Assembly (NCBI GenBank): GCA_965197475.1
Contig: CBDANF010000002.1
Coordinates: 1,184,001-1,248,000, forward strand
Direction: 5' to 3'
Length of the DNA: 64,000 nt
From: Candidatus Poribacteria bacterium
Lineage (GTDB): Bacteria > Poribacteria > WGA-4E > WGA-3G
The notes beneath the pieces were generated by a model. It ran no database searches. It was not told where the DNA came from and worked only from the letters and a program-made list of their open reading frames with translations. Positions 61,124 to 64,000 of this stretch are shown here, one piece after another. How positions within the stretch are numbered: the first letter of the stretch is position 1; each line of letters opens with the position of its first letter. The position numbers and the translations under genes were made by a program.

Positions 61124-62152
61124 ATGAAACTAACAGATTTTGATTACGATCTCCCGACAGAGCGCATTGCGCAAGTGCCATTGCAGCATCGAGATGCATC
61201 ACGGCTCATGGTTATTGACCGAAGCACAAGAGAATTTCATCATACGCAATTTTCAAAGGTGGGAGAATTTTTGCCTGATGCAGCACTGTTAGTTTTGAAC
61301 GACACAAAGGTTATACCCGCAAGATTGGTCGGAAATAAAAGTGAGACCGGTGGCAGAACTGAATTGCTTCTTGTTGAGGAAAAGGAACGCGATACTTGGG
61401 AGGTACTTGCAAAGCCGCGTCGGAGCCTAAGGGTAGGCACGCAGTTGGTATTTGGCGATGGTGTATTGAAGGCAGAAGTCTTGGAGAAACCTGATAATGG
61501 AAATTGCATCGTCCATTTCAACTATGATGGCACATTTTTCGCAATCCTCGCTGAAATAGGAATGATGCCTTTGCCACCATATATTCGTCGTCCACCAGAT
61601 GCTGAGGATAAGGTGCGTTATCAGTCAGTTTATGCTTCTACCGAGGGTGCTATAGCGGCACCGACTGCGGGGTTACACTTTACCCAAGCATTGTTGGAGG
61701 AATTAAAAAGTAAAGGGTTACAAACCGCTATGCTAACACTGCATGTGGGAATTGGGACGTTTCAACCGGTCAAAGTTGAAAACGTCAAAACCCACAAGAT
61801 GCATGCAGAATATATACACCTTACTGAGAGTGAAGCGAATCGAATTCGTGAGGTGCGTAAAGCAGGTGCAAAAATAGTTGCTATCGGCACCACGGTAGTA
61901 AGGGCCCTCGAAACTGCAAGCGCGACCGGAACAATCAAACCTTATAGTGGGTATAGTGAACTTTTTATCTGCCCTAGTTATCAATTTAAAATTGTAGATG
62001 TGTTGCTAACCAACTTCCATCTACCGAAATCTACTTTACTCATGCTTGTAAGTGCTTTCGCTGACACAACGCTGATACAGAAAGCATACCAGGAGGCACT
62101 TCAACATAACTACCGTTTTTATAGCTATGGCGATGCCATGCTAATTCTTTAA
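61124..62152 (+). CDS. queA: SAM:tRNA ribosyltransferase-isomerase
   Basis: FDYDLP, AAPTAGLHF, TNFHLPKSTL, FYSYGDAM. Confidence 0.97.
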   Translation: MKLTDFDYDLPTERIAQVPLQHRDASRLMVIDRSTREFHHTQFSKVGEFLPDAALLVLNDTKVIPARLVGNKSETGGRTELLLVEEKERDTWEVLAKPRRSLRVGTQLVFGDGVLKAEVLEKPDNGNCIVHFNYDGTFFAILAEIGMMPLPPYIRRPPDAEDKVRYQSVYASTEGAIAAPTAGLHFTQALLEELKSKGLQTAMLTLHVGIGTFQPVKVENVKTHKMHAEYIHLTESEANRIREVRKAGAKIVAIGTTVVRALETASATGTIKPYSGYSELFICPSYQFKIVDVLLTNFHLPKSTLLMLVSAFADTTLIQKAYQEALQHNYRFYSYGDAMLIL

Positions 62153-62176
62153 AAACAGAGGAGAAATTATTTTACG

Positions 62177-62479
62177 ATGGAAAGTATAACAAGTATGCTT
62201 TTTATGATTGTCCCTTTGGGACTTATCATGTATTTTCTAATGATTAGACCTGAACAAACGAGACGAAAAAAACATCAGGCTATGCTTGAGAATTTGTCAA
62301 AAGGTGATCAAATCGTAACAAATGGCGGATTACACGGCAAAATTCTCGGTCTCAGTAATGATAAAAAGATCATTATCCTCTCCGTTGGGGAGATGAATAA
62401 TCAGGAAGTAAAGGTTCAAATTTCGTTGAGTGCTGTTGCTTTTCTCAAAAAGGGTGGTGAACTTATTGAAGGGGAGTAG
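62177..62479 (+). CDS. yajC: Preprotein translocase subunit YajC
   Basis: YFLMIRP, GDQIVTNGGLHG. Confidence 0.9.
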   Translation: MESITSMLFMIVPLGLIMYFLMIRPEQTRRKKHQAMLENLSKGDQIVTNGGLHGKILGLSNDKKIIILSVGEMNNQEVKVQISLSAVAFLKKGGELIEGE

Positions 62480-63107
62480 CGTGTGTTATCAATAGTTGGT
62501 AGCACACACCTGCATAAGTCATCAAGCGCGCGCGGGTTTTTTCTGGCACCACAAGTAGATCATTGTTGTGTAGAACGATTCGCGCTGTTTTCTTAGTGGA
62601 GGCAATCAGTTGTACCGTTGCATATCCGCTTTCGTTTTGGAATCGATAGAAACAGGCTGCTTCTCCAACCCATTCAATTGAAGTGTCGTTTTCTATGATG
62701 TGCAGTTGATAATCTGCTTCAGTTTTTACCTCTCCTACATCTAAAATCGCAGCTGCTGTATCCAAATGTGATGGTGTTTTACAAATTGCTATTTCAACCC
62801 TATCCGTGTTCGTAATAACTTCATAAGTTGTATGGTGCGGAATATACGCAACGCATGCGTCACCATCAAAAACATCTGAGCGTTCACCTAAAATCCCATT
62901 CGCCTTGTTTCCGTTATGACCTACCAATAAGGTACATTGTCCACCTAATGCAATCAGGACAACTTCGCAATCATCGGAATGATCGAAAAATGTTGAATTG
63001 GGAGCAAGGTTGAGGACACCGAAATGTAGATTTGTAATGCTCAACTCTCCAGGGTTTAAAAGGTGAGCGTATCCCTCGGTTGTAGTATAGTGTCTAACTG
63101 TTCGCAT
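62463..63107 (-). CDS. IolB/KduI-like cupin, shortened
   Basis: EVVLIALGG, GERSDVFDG, AYIP. Confidence 0.6.
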   Translation of the reverse strand: MRTVRHYTTTEGYAHLLNPGELSITNLHFGVLNLAPNSTFFDHSDDCEVVLIALGGQCTLLVGHNGNKANGILGERSDVFDGDACVAYIPHHTTYEVITNTDRVEIAICKTPSHLDTAAAILDVGEVKTEADYQLHIIENDTSIEWVGEAACFYRFQNESGYATVQLIASTKKTARIVLHNNDLLVVPEKTRARLMTYAGVCYQLLITHATPLQ

Positions 63108-63691
63108 CAGGTTATAATTTCTGCTAATTGTTCAACAAGACTTGCCAATGGAAGTCCAACAACGTTAAAATAACAACCTTCAATCCGATTTACAAAAGCT
63201 GCGCCACGTCCTTGTATACCATACGCCCCAGCTTTATCTGTTGCTTCTCCGCTATTAATATAGTTCACTATATCTTCCAAGCAAAGTTCCCGAAAATATA
63301 CCTTGGTTACTTCTGACCAAGTTATCTCTTTTCTCTGTTTTACATCAATTAAGGATACGCCAGTTACGACATTGTGGGATCTGCCACTAAGTTGTGTTAA
63401 CATCTGCTGGGCATGTGCATCATCCATCGGTTTACCAAGGAGTTCATCCTCAAACGAAACCAACGTGTCCGCGCCAATAACAACCCCCTCGGTATGCCGC
63501 TCAGCTACAGTACTTGCTTTCAACGAAGCAAGTTTTTGCGTCACTACCTCGGGGAGTATATTCTTGTCTGGTGCAGGTTCTTGAATCTCACTGGGATAAA
63601 TCTCAAAGGTCAATCCGATTTGAGATAAGAGATCAGCACGGCGTGGAGATGCCGAAGCCAAGATGAGTCTCGGGATTTTCACGATAGGCAT
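63107..63691 (-). CDS. maf: Maf-family nucleotide pyrophosphatase
   Basis: LILASASPRR, IGADT, DKAGAYGIQ, NVVGLP. Confidence 0.95.
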   Translation of the reverse strand: MPIVKIPRLILASASPRRADLLSQIGLTFEIYPSEIQEPAPDKNILPEVVTQKLASLKASTVAERHTEGVVIGADTLVSFEDELLGKPMDDAHAQQMLTQLSGRSHNVVTGVSLIDVKQRKEITWSEVTKVYFRELCLEDIVNYINSGEATDKAGAYGIQGRGAAFVNRIEGCYFNVVGLPLASLVEQLAEIIT

Positions 63692-63698
63692 GGTACTG

Positions 63699-63974
63699 TT
63701 ATTTCAGGCAATACCACTGGTCACTGTTTCTATTCTGAATTTGCAATAATTCGGCATCTAATAATTCGGTGATACCGTTGTCAATTTCTGTTTTGGAAAA
63801 CCCGGCTTTTTCGAGAAGTGCATCACGATTTGGCGTGCGAAACCACTCCGGTTTATCAATGGAATCAGATTTACCCCGAAAAACCTCAAGAGCACTATAT
63901 AGACGTAGAGTCTTTGCAGAAAGTCCAACGAGCGGGTTTAAGCCCGTGTAAAATCCAAGCGATTGTTTTTGCAC
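63699..63974 (-). CDS. Hypothetical protein
   Basis: GAGGA RBS; same orientation as and close to maf. Confidence 0.55.
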   Translation of the reverse strand: MQKQSLGFYTGLNPLVGLSAKTLRLYSALEVFRGKSDSIDKPEWFRTPNRDALLEKAGFSKTEIDNGITELLDAELLQIQNRNSDQWYCLK

Positions 63975-64000
63975 TTTTTATTCCTCAATAACTATATATT

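Overview
Bacterial chromosomal window. A Poribacteria-like origin is inferred from gene content (PhyH and Gfo/Idh/MocA enzymes, AAP-linker secreted proteins, PorU/PorV-like pair), not proven. Housekeeping blocks: amiE-like/namZ-like/anmK peptidoglycan recycling, three-gene Sdh, rho-rpmE-prfA-prmC, yebC-ruvCAB-queA-yajC, maf. These alternate with accessory regions dense in IS1595- and IS5-type elements, nested MITEs and REP-like palindromes. No rRNA, tRNA or CRISPR array was recognised. Highlights: (1) two tandem three-gene secreted-protein cassettes (4.1-11.0 kb) with near-identical ends and a divergent middle; (2) ahead of each, a 48-codon uORF crossing a C10 tract, whose stop-codon layout suggests a slippage-controlled attenuator; (3) a third related cassette hit by two MITE insertions; (4) a two-domain peroxiredoxin with in-frame UGA at both catalytic positions, each followed by a SECIS-like hairpin; (5) a pseudoknotted ~80-nt RNA candidate carried by an IS1595 element. 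Product calls come from motif recognition by eye; no searches were run.
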